A stretch of 47,899 nt of DNA, the filler included, from Stramenopiles sp. TOSAG23-2 (Eukaryota): NCBI GenBank assembly GCA_900128395.1. It is 2 parts of 2 records of this genome, joined end to end, with 100 filler letters (N's around TTAATTAATTAA, not from the genome) between each part and the next. Parts side by side here need not be neighbours in the genome. Positions count along the whole stretch, not along the records: positions 24,017 to 47,899 come from LT649477.1; 1 more part is not named here. The stretch is one strand, 5' to 3'. A program made the translations under genes and the position numbers. Positions within the stretch are counted from its first letter, which is position 1, and each line of letters starts with the position of its first letter. Under the pieces are notes generated by a model. The model was not told the DNA's origin. It saw only the letters and a program-made list of their open reading frames with translations, and searched no databases. Of this stretch, positions 34,685 through 46,604 are shown piece after piece.

Positions 34685-37600
34685 GTTGATTGTTATTAAT
34701 TAGTTAAAATTTATTTTTTGTCGGTGGTGGTGGTGGTAATATGTAATTCCTCTTTGTGAAAAAATAATGAAATCAATTATTTGTTTTAAATAGATTAATA
34801 AAAATGTATTGTTATGAATATATATTTGATCTGAAATGTCACTATCTCTCTGGTTGTTCCATCTATCTATCTATCTGTTTGTTTGTATTTTCTACGTCGA
34901 TAGATATATATATTTTGATACATAAAATAACACTATTCACTATGGAAAAAATAATATATCATTCCAAATTGCAAAATCGATTTTGAAAATTTATTGTGAA
35001 AATTATTGCCGCCCGATTGGAGGTGGTACATCGACACAGCATTAACAATTAAAAAGCAAGTATAATTTTTGTGTATCTATTAGGTCGTATAGCATATGAA
35101 TAATATTAGATTTTATAATGTATATATTCGGATATTATTGATATTTATATATTCGAAATTCATCATAAAAAATGATATTTTTGGATTGGAAATAGCATGG
35201 ACATAGCAGCAAGAATATTTCTTGATCTGAAAATTGCTGCTTCACTCGAATTTGACAATCTAGCCCGACCATTTTTCAGTACAAGACGACACATTGTACA
35301 AACAAAAAACAAAATAATGTTGCAACAAGAGAAAATAAATAATGACCATTACAATACCGTTCTATTTATAACTAACAAAAAAAAATTTGTACGTGACTTA
35401 ATTGCTATATCATCCATTGTTTTACCGTTTTATCTAAGAATTTGAAAACAATTACTGTATTAGATATACATCAATTTATCATTTATGATAAATGTTTTTG
35501 TCACCAAAATCATATTTTTATCAAGTTTTTTGCTTCTGCGATAAAAAAATATTTTCATATTTGAAAAATATTTTTCAATTCCATAAAAAGGATATTATTT
35601 ATTATGCAATATTACGTCTGCCTCTTTCATTCGTTAATTATAGCACAAAGATGGGATTTTGAAGTCTAGGCTGAGAGTTATTGAAAAATGCAGATTTTAA
35701 ATGATTTTTTTATCACTGGTGTGACATTGCAATAAAATTTAAAATATTGCAAAAAAATAATAAACACTTTTTTTCAATCCTTTTTTTTTTTTTTCAGTAA
35801 ATCGTGTAAACATAAATATTTCACTCTATCGTTTTTTGCAGATCTTCGTAGCCCTTCGAAACAGTGCACACTCGTTTAATATATAAAAATAAAGCAATCC
35901 TAAGTTTTATACGAAACTTGGAATCCATTTTCCAACATACCATGGCCCATTTTCATTTTGTTCAAAATTGTCGCATCACTTGTTTCAAACTATTGTGTTC
36001 ATTTTTGATATGTTTTTTTTGATAATAATAAAAAAGTGTAATAAATAGCAAAAATACTTTAAAAAACAAAGTTCCCAACCGATTGACTTAATATAAAGTT
36101 TCAAATTCCTTTTTTAATAGATATGAAAGGATTTAAAAGCATCCGGAACAGTTTTACATGTGTATATCTATGTTTGTATGCACATTTGTGTGTTTACATG
36201 TAATGTATATAGGTATCAAGAAATTACTGTTCATACCTCTGTAATGCTATAAACCTGTTATTTTAGCTTTCGTCATGTACTATGTTGACCCAACGCTTAC
36301 TTTTTAGTAAATGAAAATCACCAAATCCACACTCACAATACACTAAAAATACACTTTCCCATTATATATATTCCTGATGATAGCACTTTTATGATGCGCT
36401 GATGAATTCTAAACATTCCTATGCCATTTATTTCACTCCACAACATATATTTGCTGAGATAATACAAATTTTCCATTTTTGCCAAGTTGGATTTTGCAAA
36501 TGGCTGAAATCTAGCATGGGGATACTATTGGATGAAAAAAACATAGTCAACCAAGATAAAAATACATATAGTACACTATTTCCGATTGTTATAAAGCCAG
36601 GTAGATCGTTCATTAGGCATGTAATCTATGATCTTGAGAAAGGAATAGTGATTTAGAGGTTTGAATAGATGTGTTATATGTGTCATCCTGATCGATGGTG
36701 ATTCAAATACACTGATTCTACCTTAAAATAACACCGTGATACTGCCATGCTAATTTTCAGCGAGATTTTTTATTGAAAAAAAGAGTAAAAATAGGACTTG
36801 TACATCTTTGATTGAGCTGCACTCAGGTTAAAATATGTATTTATATATAAAATGAATATATACACTGTTATATACATATAATCTCTCCAGTTGGCTTCAG
36901 TCTTGCAATTTGCTGCGTTTTTGACCATGAAAAAAACGGCATTTTAGTGCTATTCCTATGGTAAGTCGAAATCCAATCGGGAAACTGTTTGTTGATAACT
37001 CTGTATGATCGAATCATTCAAATTTGAATGTGTTGGTGCTCAAATGGGCAAATATATGTATTATGAAGGTACTTGATGTGTAATTTGAAAAGTCTGTGGT
37101 TGAAACTATTTTTTTTTGAGAAGTTAGCATGGATATAGCATCAAGCGCTGGATTGCGCGGATTGCGGATCGTAAAATCCAATGATGTCAGTTTAAGGGAT
37201 ATAGCATTACTGAAATTACCTGGATTAATGATTTCAAGATCTGATGGTACAAATTTAATTTCTTGTATACTTAGTTGGAAGAATTATTTCAATGATGTGT
37301 AATGTTATATTCGATACCTATTCATAGCGTAAAGAGAGTATTTGATAGGTTGTGGTGATTAGCATGTGAATAGCACCTGGATATTGTCTAGCATCGATAT
37401 AGCACTAATAATTATAGAGATTTACAAGAAGAGATCTGGGAGATTAAGAATAATTGATGAAAGGTGGATCGAGCAATCTGAGCAATCTGTGTGCAATCCA
37501 GCAATCGAAGAAAGGTGCATCGAGAAATTGAAAATCGAGCATCTGGTTTTTGTTTTTTGGTGCTGTGATTATGATCCAGTAATCCAACAATCCAAAAACA

Positions 37601-38037
37601 TAAAAACAGCACAGCAGAAGAGCACAGCAGCACAGCAGCACAGCAGCAGCAGCAGATTGAAATGATGTGATCGAATAATTTTGAATGAATGATGTGAAGG
37701 ATATTGTTGGATGATTGCTGGATTGCTTGCTTAAATAATTGATAATATTTATATTATATTATTGATAGGATGTAGATAGAGATGCAGGAAGTTGGAGGGA
37801 GAGAATATATATATATATGTGTCAATGTTTAACAATATAGATAGATTATACTATTACAATATTCATTGAACGATACGTCAATATTCCGTTACATCTGAAA
37901 AGTGAATACAAGATATCTTTACTATATACTACGAATCAAGATAAATAATTTCGATAGCTAAATTTACTACATTTTTCACCAAAAATTCATACATTTATTA
38001 GTAATAATAATAATAATAATAAAATAATCCAAACAAC

Positions 38038-41000
38038 ATGTCGTCTACTACTACTACTACCACTACAACATTAAAACAAGCTGCATTAAAACCAACAACA
38101 ATGGATAGTATCGATTCAGATAATACATTATTAATCAATATGATGAAAAAAATATATACATATTTACAAGAACAAGATATTACCGATAATAATAATAAAA
38201 ATAATAAAATTATTGCTACAACATCTTTATTACAAAATGCATTTAAACATGTATTTAAAACACAAGAAGAATTAAATAGTTTAGTCAAATTTACATTTGA
38301 ATGTCGTTTTGGTTGGTCGGAACGAAAAGCAACAACTACAACAAACGACGACCCGTTCAATCACGGCACGTTAGAAACATCCATGTCTGAATCACAAAAT
38401 TCAACATCTATTAATGATAAAGACGGTTCATTAGCTAGTAATCGTAAAAGAAAATTAAATATAAATGCAGATAAAATGATTAAAATGTTTCGTGAAATTC
38501 AACCAAGTACACGTATTTTAAATGCTATACAATATTGTGTATTAAATACAAGCAAACCTGTTGTACGAAAACAAGTCTTTATCCATTTTTACGATTGGTT
38601 TAAAAGTTGGGTTAGTAAAATGTATATGGAATTAGGAAAGTTAAATATATATAGTGATAGTGATTATCAAATCATGCGTAATATTATCATATCAAGTGTG
38701 ACTGATATTTGGAGTGCTATTCGTAAAAATGCAGCTGTACGTTTATATAGTGTCGTAGATTTATTTCCAATACATCATGTTGAATTATTGTTTCAAGGTT
38801 TAGTTAATATATGCATTGATAATTATATTAAAGGAGAAACTGAACAAGCAACGATAGCAGATGATGACGATGTTGGGGTAACAACAATAAAAAATAAAAC
38901 ACAAAAAAGTCCATGGCAAGCAAAAGAAGGTGCATTATTAGGTATTACAGCAATAGTGAAAAAATTTAGACGTGTACAAACACCATCTAATTCACCATTA
39001 CAAAGTAAATATTTAAATAAAACAATTATTAGTAATAAAAAGAAAAGTAAGAAGAACAACAATAATAATAGTGGTAACGACGACGACAACAACAACAACA
39101 ATTTCCCAACAACAACAACAAATGATGATAATAATAACAACAATAAATCATTGAAAAAGAAAAAGAAACCAAAAGGTTCACCATTATCACTTCAATTGAA
39201 TAATTTATCATTTTTAAGTACAAATACATTTGATGATTCAAATCCACCATTAAGTCCAACTGGTACACGTCAAAGTTTTAATATGGTAACACCAGTTGCT
39301 AATAGACATAATTCGTTTTTTAATGCGATGGAAGAGGGCACTGATACTAGCAGTAAGGATGATAAAAATAAAACAACATCAACAAATGCATTACAAACAC
39401 CAAAACGTAATAATAATAGTGATAAAAAAGATAACAATAATAATAATGATATTAAAACAACCGCCACCACACCAACAACAAATAACAACAATGCAAATGC
39501 AATTAATCGAGCATTAAATAACAGCTCACCATCATCACATGCAACATTGACATTTGGTAAAGATTTTATATGTATTGGTGGATTGCCTGATTTTATTGAA
39601 ACGGAAATGCAACGTGTTACGTATGAAAATTTAGGACATCCACAATTAACTGTACGTGAAAATGCAACAAAAGCATTTGCTGCATTTTTATCACGTAGTC
39701 CATCACGTCAAACATTAAATGCATTTAGTGATGTAATTGGAAAATTAGCAAAAGAAACGGAAGGGAAAACAATTGAAAATAGTAGTAACGATGGAAAAAA
39801 TCGTACACAGCGTACTACACATACAATACCAGATCCATATTTAGCAGAAGGTCTTTTATCATTATGTGTCATCTTAGCAAAATTACGTATGGTACCTGAA
39901 TATTATTTAAAAACAAATTGGAATCATATTTTCACTACATTAAATAAATATTTAGGACATACAGCAAGTACGGTTCGTCAAATGAGTTCTACCGTGTTTA
40001 AACATTTAGCATTTAAAGGTTCTCGTTCATGGTCACATACTAGTGATATTGCACAACAATCACCAGCATTATTATTATTAGTATTAGAAGGTTTAGTGAA
40101 AACATGGAAAGTAGATCGTGAATTAGTAAACGAAAGTAATAATAAAGTGCAAGTTATAAATGAATTAGCAGGTGATGATTTTGATGACGATTTTGATGAT
40201 GATGAAGACGAAGACGAAGAGATGCAATTATCATGGCAATCACGCGAAGGACGATTATTAACGTATGAATTAGTGATTGATTATGTATTATCAAATCATG
40301 CAAATTATATAGCAACCGATCCAAGTAGAAAAATATATCGACGTATTAGTAGTCCACCAAGTATTGGTGGAAACATTAACCGTTCACCAGTTGTTGTTAT
40401 TGGTGAAAATGTGATAAATCGTAGCAAAACATCTGATATTGCTGGTGGTACAACGGGGAATAATAGTACTACGGCGGAAAAACAACCACCAAAAACACCT
40501 GTACGTGAAAGTCCAAAAGATAATAGTAGTTCCAACAACAACAATCCATTATTTGCATCACCAGCACCATCGTTGCCATCTCCTTCACCATCACCAAGTG
40601 CAAATCCATGGAATTCACCACCAAAGAAAAAATCATCGACACAACAACATGGACGTAGTAATTCCTTGCATTTGAATACCGGTAATAGTGGTAAGAACAC
40701 AACTAGCAAACGTTCACCATTACGTATTGAACATATTTCTACTAGTAGTAGTACAAATAGTAGTCCAAGTAATACACCAACTAGTGCAGATGGTTTATTA
40801 ACGAATAGTAATCGTAAACTACGTAATGAACCAAAATCATTATTAATGTTTTTCATGGAAGCTAGTAATTTGAATAAAAAAAATCGAAATACTACTACAA
40901 TAACTGATACTAAAACATCAGCATCCAATACAGATATTCAACATTATTTGCATCATATGATATTGCAAACAAAAGAATGTTTAATGGATGATCGATTTGA

Positions 41001-43456
41001 ATTGACTAGAATGGCAGATCAAGTATTGCCTGGTTTAGTAAAATTATTATGTTGGATCGATGTGAATATTTTAGGAAAACATTGGTTATCGTTAGGCAAT
41101 AGTATGCGTGATAAAGATGCATTAACATGTCGTTTTATTTCCAGTTCGTTATTAGTAGCAATTAAATATTTCATTTCTTTACGTTATATGTTAAATGCAA
41201 GACAAAAAAGTGGTAATAGTAGAAGTCGACCAAATAGTCCAAGTGGAAATAGTCCAATGAGTAAAGGTGTTAGTACCAATAATAATAACACTGCTGCAGT
41301 ATTGAATCGAAGTCCAACTGGTACTATTGGTACAGGTTCTAGTGACAAAAATAAAGGAAAAAGTGGTACAAAAAATACTAGTAATAATATGACGACACCA
41401 CCACCGCAATCCTCCACAACCGTCACCACGCCATCATCGTCGTACACACCATTTACGGTTGTTTTTAAAACAAAATCAACGACACAAGCATCAAAACAAG
41501 CATCTATATTACAATCTATTTTATGTGATATTTTGCCAATGTTTCAACGTTTAGCAAATAGAGCGGTGACGGAAAAATTATTTGCAAGTACGATTGAAGG
41601 AATGGTTATTTTACATTCATTATTTGTAAATAAGAATGATAAAAAGAATTACGATGATAAAAAAATGATGAATGAGCAATTTGTTGCATTGGATTTACGA
41701 ATTCCAGTCAGTGAAGCGGAAAGTATTAAACATGCAACGATTATTGTCAATCGTGTAGTACGAATACATACCATTGCACATCCAAAACATCCACAACGAG
41801 CGCAAACGGCACATAATCGTATGGTAGCAATGGCAGCAAAGGAAAAACGTGCACAGCAATTAGATAATGCAGCAGCTGATGCATTGTCGATTCATATTCC
41901 AGGATTTTTCAATCGCATGGCAAATAGTACAGGTTGCATGGATCAAGTATTTAAATTAGTACCAATCGTGTTACGATGGGCATGTAGTCGTGATACGATC
42001 GATGCGAAGTGTAAGTAGTTGTAATAATATGGAGTTTTGAATTTTCTGTTGTTCCTTTTTATATTTTCCATCATTCTTTTTAATATTTTTAAACATACAT
42101 TTCTAACATTTTATATATGTTTCACACATTATATGTAAAACAGGCTCTTTACTACATGCTGTTGTAGATAGTATTAACAAAATTAAACATTATATTGTTG
42201 ATACGGAAACAAGACGCAAGGAAAAATTAGATGAAAAAGTTCAAGGTGGGGATACAATTGATGATTTTGATGATGATTTTGATGAAGAAAACTTTGATTT
42301 AGAAGATGATGATTGTGTTTCCGTGATAAAACCAGAGCAAATTGAAAAAGTTTGTTTATTATCGATTGCACCGTTGGAGAAATTATTAGGTACAAGTGCA
42401 GAAGCAAGTGTATTGAAGAGTGCTTTGCAAGTTACATTAGCATTAACAATGCTGGGACGAGTAGATATTGGTAGTACGAATGATAAAAGTCTTGGCGATA
42501 GCATTGGTTCGAAAAAGAAAAATGTAAATGCAGGCAGCAATAGCAATAATAATAATAATAATAAAAATGCTACTGCAAATTCCAATACTACCAATAGTAA
42601 CAACAAACAACGTGTAAATAAATCTAGTAATTTATTAAGTCGATTGTTACCAGTAATAGCAGAACGATTAAGACAAGTTGCACCACGCAGTGTTCGTATT
42701 TCACGGAGTGCATCGATGTTATTCCGCGGTGAGCAAAGTATAAAATTGCAATTAATGTCAAATGAAATTGTAGATGATTCTCACGGGAATGATGATTCTC
42801 AACATTTAGATAGTAGTACGGAAGATGATGGTGGTGATACTACAGATGGTGGCAATAATAATAATAATAATAATAATAATGCAACTATCAAACGTCTAAA
42901 TGGTGGTAATTTACGAATAAATATTAGCAATAAAAATAGTGCTAGTGGTTTAATTGATGAAAACGATATTGATGTTGAAAATGAGACTGTAGAAGAAAAC
43001 GAAGCAACATTTAATCAAGATGTACGAACAAATTTACGTGAACGTAGTCCAAGTAGTGGTAGTAGTAATAATGGAATTTCCATGTTTGATGATGATGATA
43101 GTAGCGATAATGATGATTGGGATGATTGGGATGATGAAGCTGGTGGTGATACTGGCAATGAAGCGTTGAGTAATGAATTAGGATGGTTTGTCCATCGTTT
43201 ACATCTTGGTTTAGGAGGTGGTTTGAATGATCCGTTGAGTAGTGGTGGTGATGATGGTGGATTTTTAGGAATGGATCTTGCATCGAATGATGATCAAAAA
43301 AATCGTGTATTAGAAAATTTAACGTTGTCAAATGATGGTGTTGTTGGTGTTGGTGATGATGGCGAAGATGATGATGGATTGCATGGTTTAGGATTTGTTA
43401 GTGGACGTGATATGGAAGTATTGCAATGGAGTTTGCAGATTTATAATTTGAAGTGA
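38038..43456 (+). CDS. Large HEAT/ARM-repeat protein (~1761 aa); exons 38038-42010 and 42144-43456
   Basis: HEAT-like segments (WSAIRKNAA, PWQAKEGALLGI, HPQLTVRENATKAF, HTASTVRQMS, WQSREGRLL) between S/N/T-rich linkers. Intron gtaagt (42011)...ttctaac...cag (42143) joins ORF 42323..43456 in frame. Confidence 0.85.
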
Positions 43457-44137
43457 GGAGGGAGAGAGGAGAGAGAGAAGTGTGTGTATGTGTGTGTGTT
43501 CAAAAGTAAACACATTTTTTTATAAATTTAAAAACTAAGTTGTTTTTTGTGATAATTAATTTATTTTATTTCAAAAAAAGATGAGAAGATGGAAAGACAT
43601 TTCTATTTTCAATGCTGTGTAGTGTTAATTTTTAATTTCATGGTGTGCAACGCATCCAAAATCCAAAATCTAGAAGCTGCTTATCCATATCAAATCAATT
43701 TGGACATTTGTGTATGGGTAGAAATTAATAGGCAATCTTTAAAACGTATTGGAAACGTGTTCCTTTTGATTTTTTATTTTTTGTACACTATAAACATTCC
43801 AATCATTGCATGCATAATTTGAATATTATTGCCAATATATTGTAACGTATACGCTGCCAACAGCCTTAGAACAAGATATAACAATATTTAAATTTGTATA
43901 CATAGTATAATATTAAAAGATATATAGAATGTATATTTTGATTATGTATTTGTAAATATATCAATAATAGCCTTATAACCGACATACGCCTCAAACGTAT
44001 CTAACAAAACTATCTACCGTTGAACGTTATCTATTTACACATAATATATATAAATATCACATACAGATATTACAGATTAATTAATAATTTAATATACAAT
44101 TATTTAAAATATTGTATAGAATAAAATATATATAATA

Positions 44138-46489
44138 ATGGGTGGTAAAACGTCGAAAAGAAAGGGAAGGGTCATTCCTGCTGTACAAAGTGATACAATA
44201 CCAGTTACAAGTAATACTCATCATACCGATGATGAATTACAAAATGAATTTTATGAAATAAAAAATGTTGCAACTACTGAATTAAAAAAAGCTGCAAATA
44301 AAGTAAAAGATGTAAATAACCAAGATAATTTAGGTGAATTATGGAAAAATATACAACGAATTAAACGACAAAATATTATTGCTGATATATTCATAATTTT
44401 AACAAGTCCTAATATGAATCAAGATGGCAAAAATTTTGACAATATAGTAGAATTGTTAATTACATATATTGATATTATTGTTGTATTAATACGACGTGAA
44501 ACATTAGTGTTGGCTGCGTCAGTCATAGCATCCGAAGCCTCTCGCATTGCTTTATGTATAGCAATTGTTACAAGGTTTTCATCAAATAATAATAATAATG
44601 CTAATAGTGACGCCAACAAAATGAAAATAAATCAAGCAATAGATAATATTGCTATCGTTCTTCGTCGTTTAAATGCGTCATCGCCATCAAAAGTACCAAC
44701 AAATGGTCTTTTCATCGAAATAATGTTTTTAAAGCAAGTTTTCACATTTTTGAAAGCATCATCATCATCAAATAATGCAGATTTATACAAAGCTAGTGGT
44801 AAAATTGCAAATGGTGTCTTTAAACTTGTAATTGGTACTGCGACTGGTGGCGCAGGTGGTAATCCATTGAGTGGAATTGGTAATGTTTTACAAGGTGGTG
44901 CTGATTTAGTAAAAGCTGGTATAAAACATCGTTTAGAATTAAAAGAGAAAATGATCTTTTTCACTGTATTAACAATAAAAACAGAAGCTTCGAATATTAT
45001 TCAAACTACGATGTCTAAATTTCAAGAGGACAAAGAAGTGACTCATAATATATACACCGAATTAGAAAATAAATTAGTAATGTTGTATAATACTGCATTT
45101 AACTTGTTTGGTACAAAATTAAATCCACCAGTGGTTATAGTACTTGCATTTGTGCAATTATTAGGTTCTTTGTTGATGTATGTTTTAGAACATAGTTCCG
45201 AAATACCAGATGTAACATTACATTTCCAAGAAATTATTGATTTATTATGGAATGGAAATGAACGAAAACGTTTGAACGGGTTGAAGTATTTTATTACATA
45301 CGATCCAACTAGTGATATTGTTTCTGATGTACAAAGTAAAGGTAAAATGTATGTTGGTGTTGTGGATGATATATTAAAATCACGTGAAACGATGATGATG
45401 AATGTAAATCCAACAATTATGTTGTTACATAAATTAATAAATGGTGGTCAATATTTGATTGACCAAGCGGTGCAAGAAGGAAAGGAACGAATGAAGCATT
45501 ATGTAGATAAAATAATACCGACGGAAGAAGAAGGGGCGTTTGGGGTTATTTTTGATGAGATTAAACGGTTGGTGAATGAATATGATAAAAATTTGGATGG
45601 GAATGAAGTAGAATCGAAAATTAACTTTATCAATAAATTTGTTGGTGAGGGGAAAACTAAATGTTTAAATATGATTTCCACGTTTGAAAAAGTAACAACG
45701 ACAATGTTACGAGATACGCAGAGTGCAATAATTCATATAAAAGAATTTCAATCTGGTATATTGAAACCGATTGCAGATGAATTGAATACGATTAAAAGTA
45801 TATGTTCGTCTATGTTGAGTAACTTTGTTGATGGAGAATTGAAGGACTTGTTCGATGATATAAATAAAGCTATGGTTGATGCGTATCAAATAATACAAGA
45901 AATTACTTTGATTGCAGATGAATGTAATGTAGCAGTTGAAAAATTGCAAACATGTGTATTAACATCAAGAGAATTAGTGATAAGCCCGGAAGGTAGTGAT
46001 GTATCGTTGTATAAATTTATGCAGTTACTGAAGAAAATACCTTCGCCTACTGGTTCAACTGCATTAGCAGATTTAGTATTCGAACGATTGAAAGTGATTG
46101 TAAATAGCAAGTTGGAAGCGGAAGATGAGACAAAAGTGGATGATGCCATCGATAAGAGAATCAAAAGAATCTATGACGAGATAAAAAATGTAACCAACAA
46201 AATGGAATCGTTTGGGATAGAGCAAATTTTCACTAAACTTGATAGTCAAGTAACAAAAGTAGAAAAAATGGCTACAGATAAATTGACCGAATTAGAAAGT
46301 AACGTAAAAACATTTTTCAGCAAAAGCGAAAGTACATTTAAGCAGAAATTACAATTAAATGATTCGATGGAAAATTTAGTCGGTGGAAAAGAAAGACTGG
46401 ATGCAATAAACTCTACAGCAAATATGGTCTATGAAAGTACAAAACTGTTTTTAAATAACAACATCCAATGGTGTTTGGTAACCAAATGA
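44138..46489 (+). CDS. Hypothetical alpha-helical protein (783 aa), candidate N-myristoylation, probably 3'-truncated
   Basis: MGGKTSKRKGR start (G2, S6, polybasic). Gly-rich hydrophobic hairpin-like segment. The last codons read through sequence antisense to the ankyrin gene end, inside a 98-bp duplication. Confidence 0.8.
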   Translation: MGGKTSKRKGRVIPAVQSDTIPVTSNTHHTDDELQNEFYEIKNVATTELKKAANKVKDVNNQDNLGELWKNIQRIKRQNIIADIFIILTSPNMNQDGKNFDNIVELLITYIDIIVVLIRRETLVLAASVIASEASRIALCIAIVTRFSSNNNNNANSDANKMKINQAIDNIAIVLRRLNASSPSKVPTNGLFIEIMFLKQVFTFLKASSSSNNADLYKASGKIANGVFKLVIGTATGGAGGNPLSGIGNVLQGGADLVKAGIKHRLELKEKMIFFTVLTIKTEASNIIQTTMSKFQEDKEVTHNIYTELENKLVMLYNTAFNLFGTKLNPPVVIVLAFVQLLGSLLMYVLEHSSEIPDVTLHFQEIIDLLWNGNERKRLNGLKYFITYDPTSDIVSDVQSKGKMYVGVVDDILKSRETMMMNVNPTIMLLHKLINGGQYLIDQAVQEGKERMKHYVDKIIPTEEEGAFGVIFDEIKRLVNEYDKNLDGNEVESKINFINKFVGEGKTKCLNMISTFEKVTTTMLRDTQSAIIHIKEFQSGILKPIADELNTIKSICSSMLSNFVDGELKDLFDDINKAMVDAYQIIQEITLIADECNVAVEKLQTCVLTSRELVISPEGSDVSLYKFMQLLKKIPSPTGSTALADLVFERLKVIVNSKLEAEDETKVDDAIDKRIKRIYDEIKNVTNKMESFGIEQIFTKLDSQVTKVEKMATDKLTELESNVKTFFSKSESTFKQKLQLNDSMENLVGGKERLDAINSTANMVYESTKLFLNNNIQWCLVTK

Positions 46490-46604
46490 GTCATTAACAT
46501 TGATATAACTCTACAGCAAATATGGTCTATGAAAGTACAAAACTGTTTTTAAATAACAACATCCAATGGTGTTTGGTAACCAAATGAGTCATTAACATTG
46601 ATAT
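46409..46604. repeat. Perfect 98-bp tandem duplication spanning the junction of two convergent ORFs
   Basis: AACTCTACAGCAAAT...CATTGATAT at 46409-46506 and 46507-46604. Confidence 0.92.

Noticed and set aside
34804-37665. Short ORFs or a transposon in the 3.3-kb RBBP4-HEAT intergenic region
   Set aside because: The ORFs are at most 99 aa with no recognisable motifs, and I found no terminal repeats or transposase remnants.
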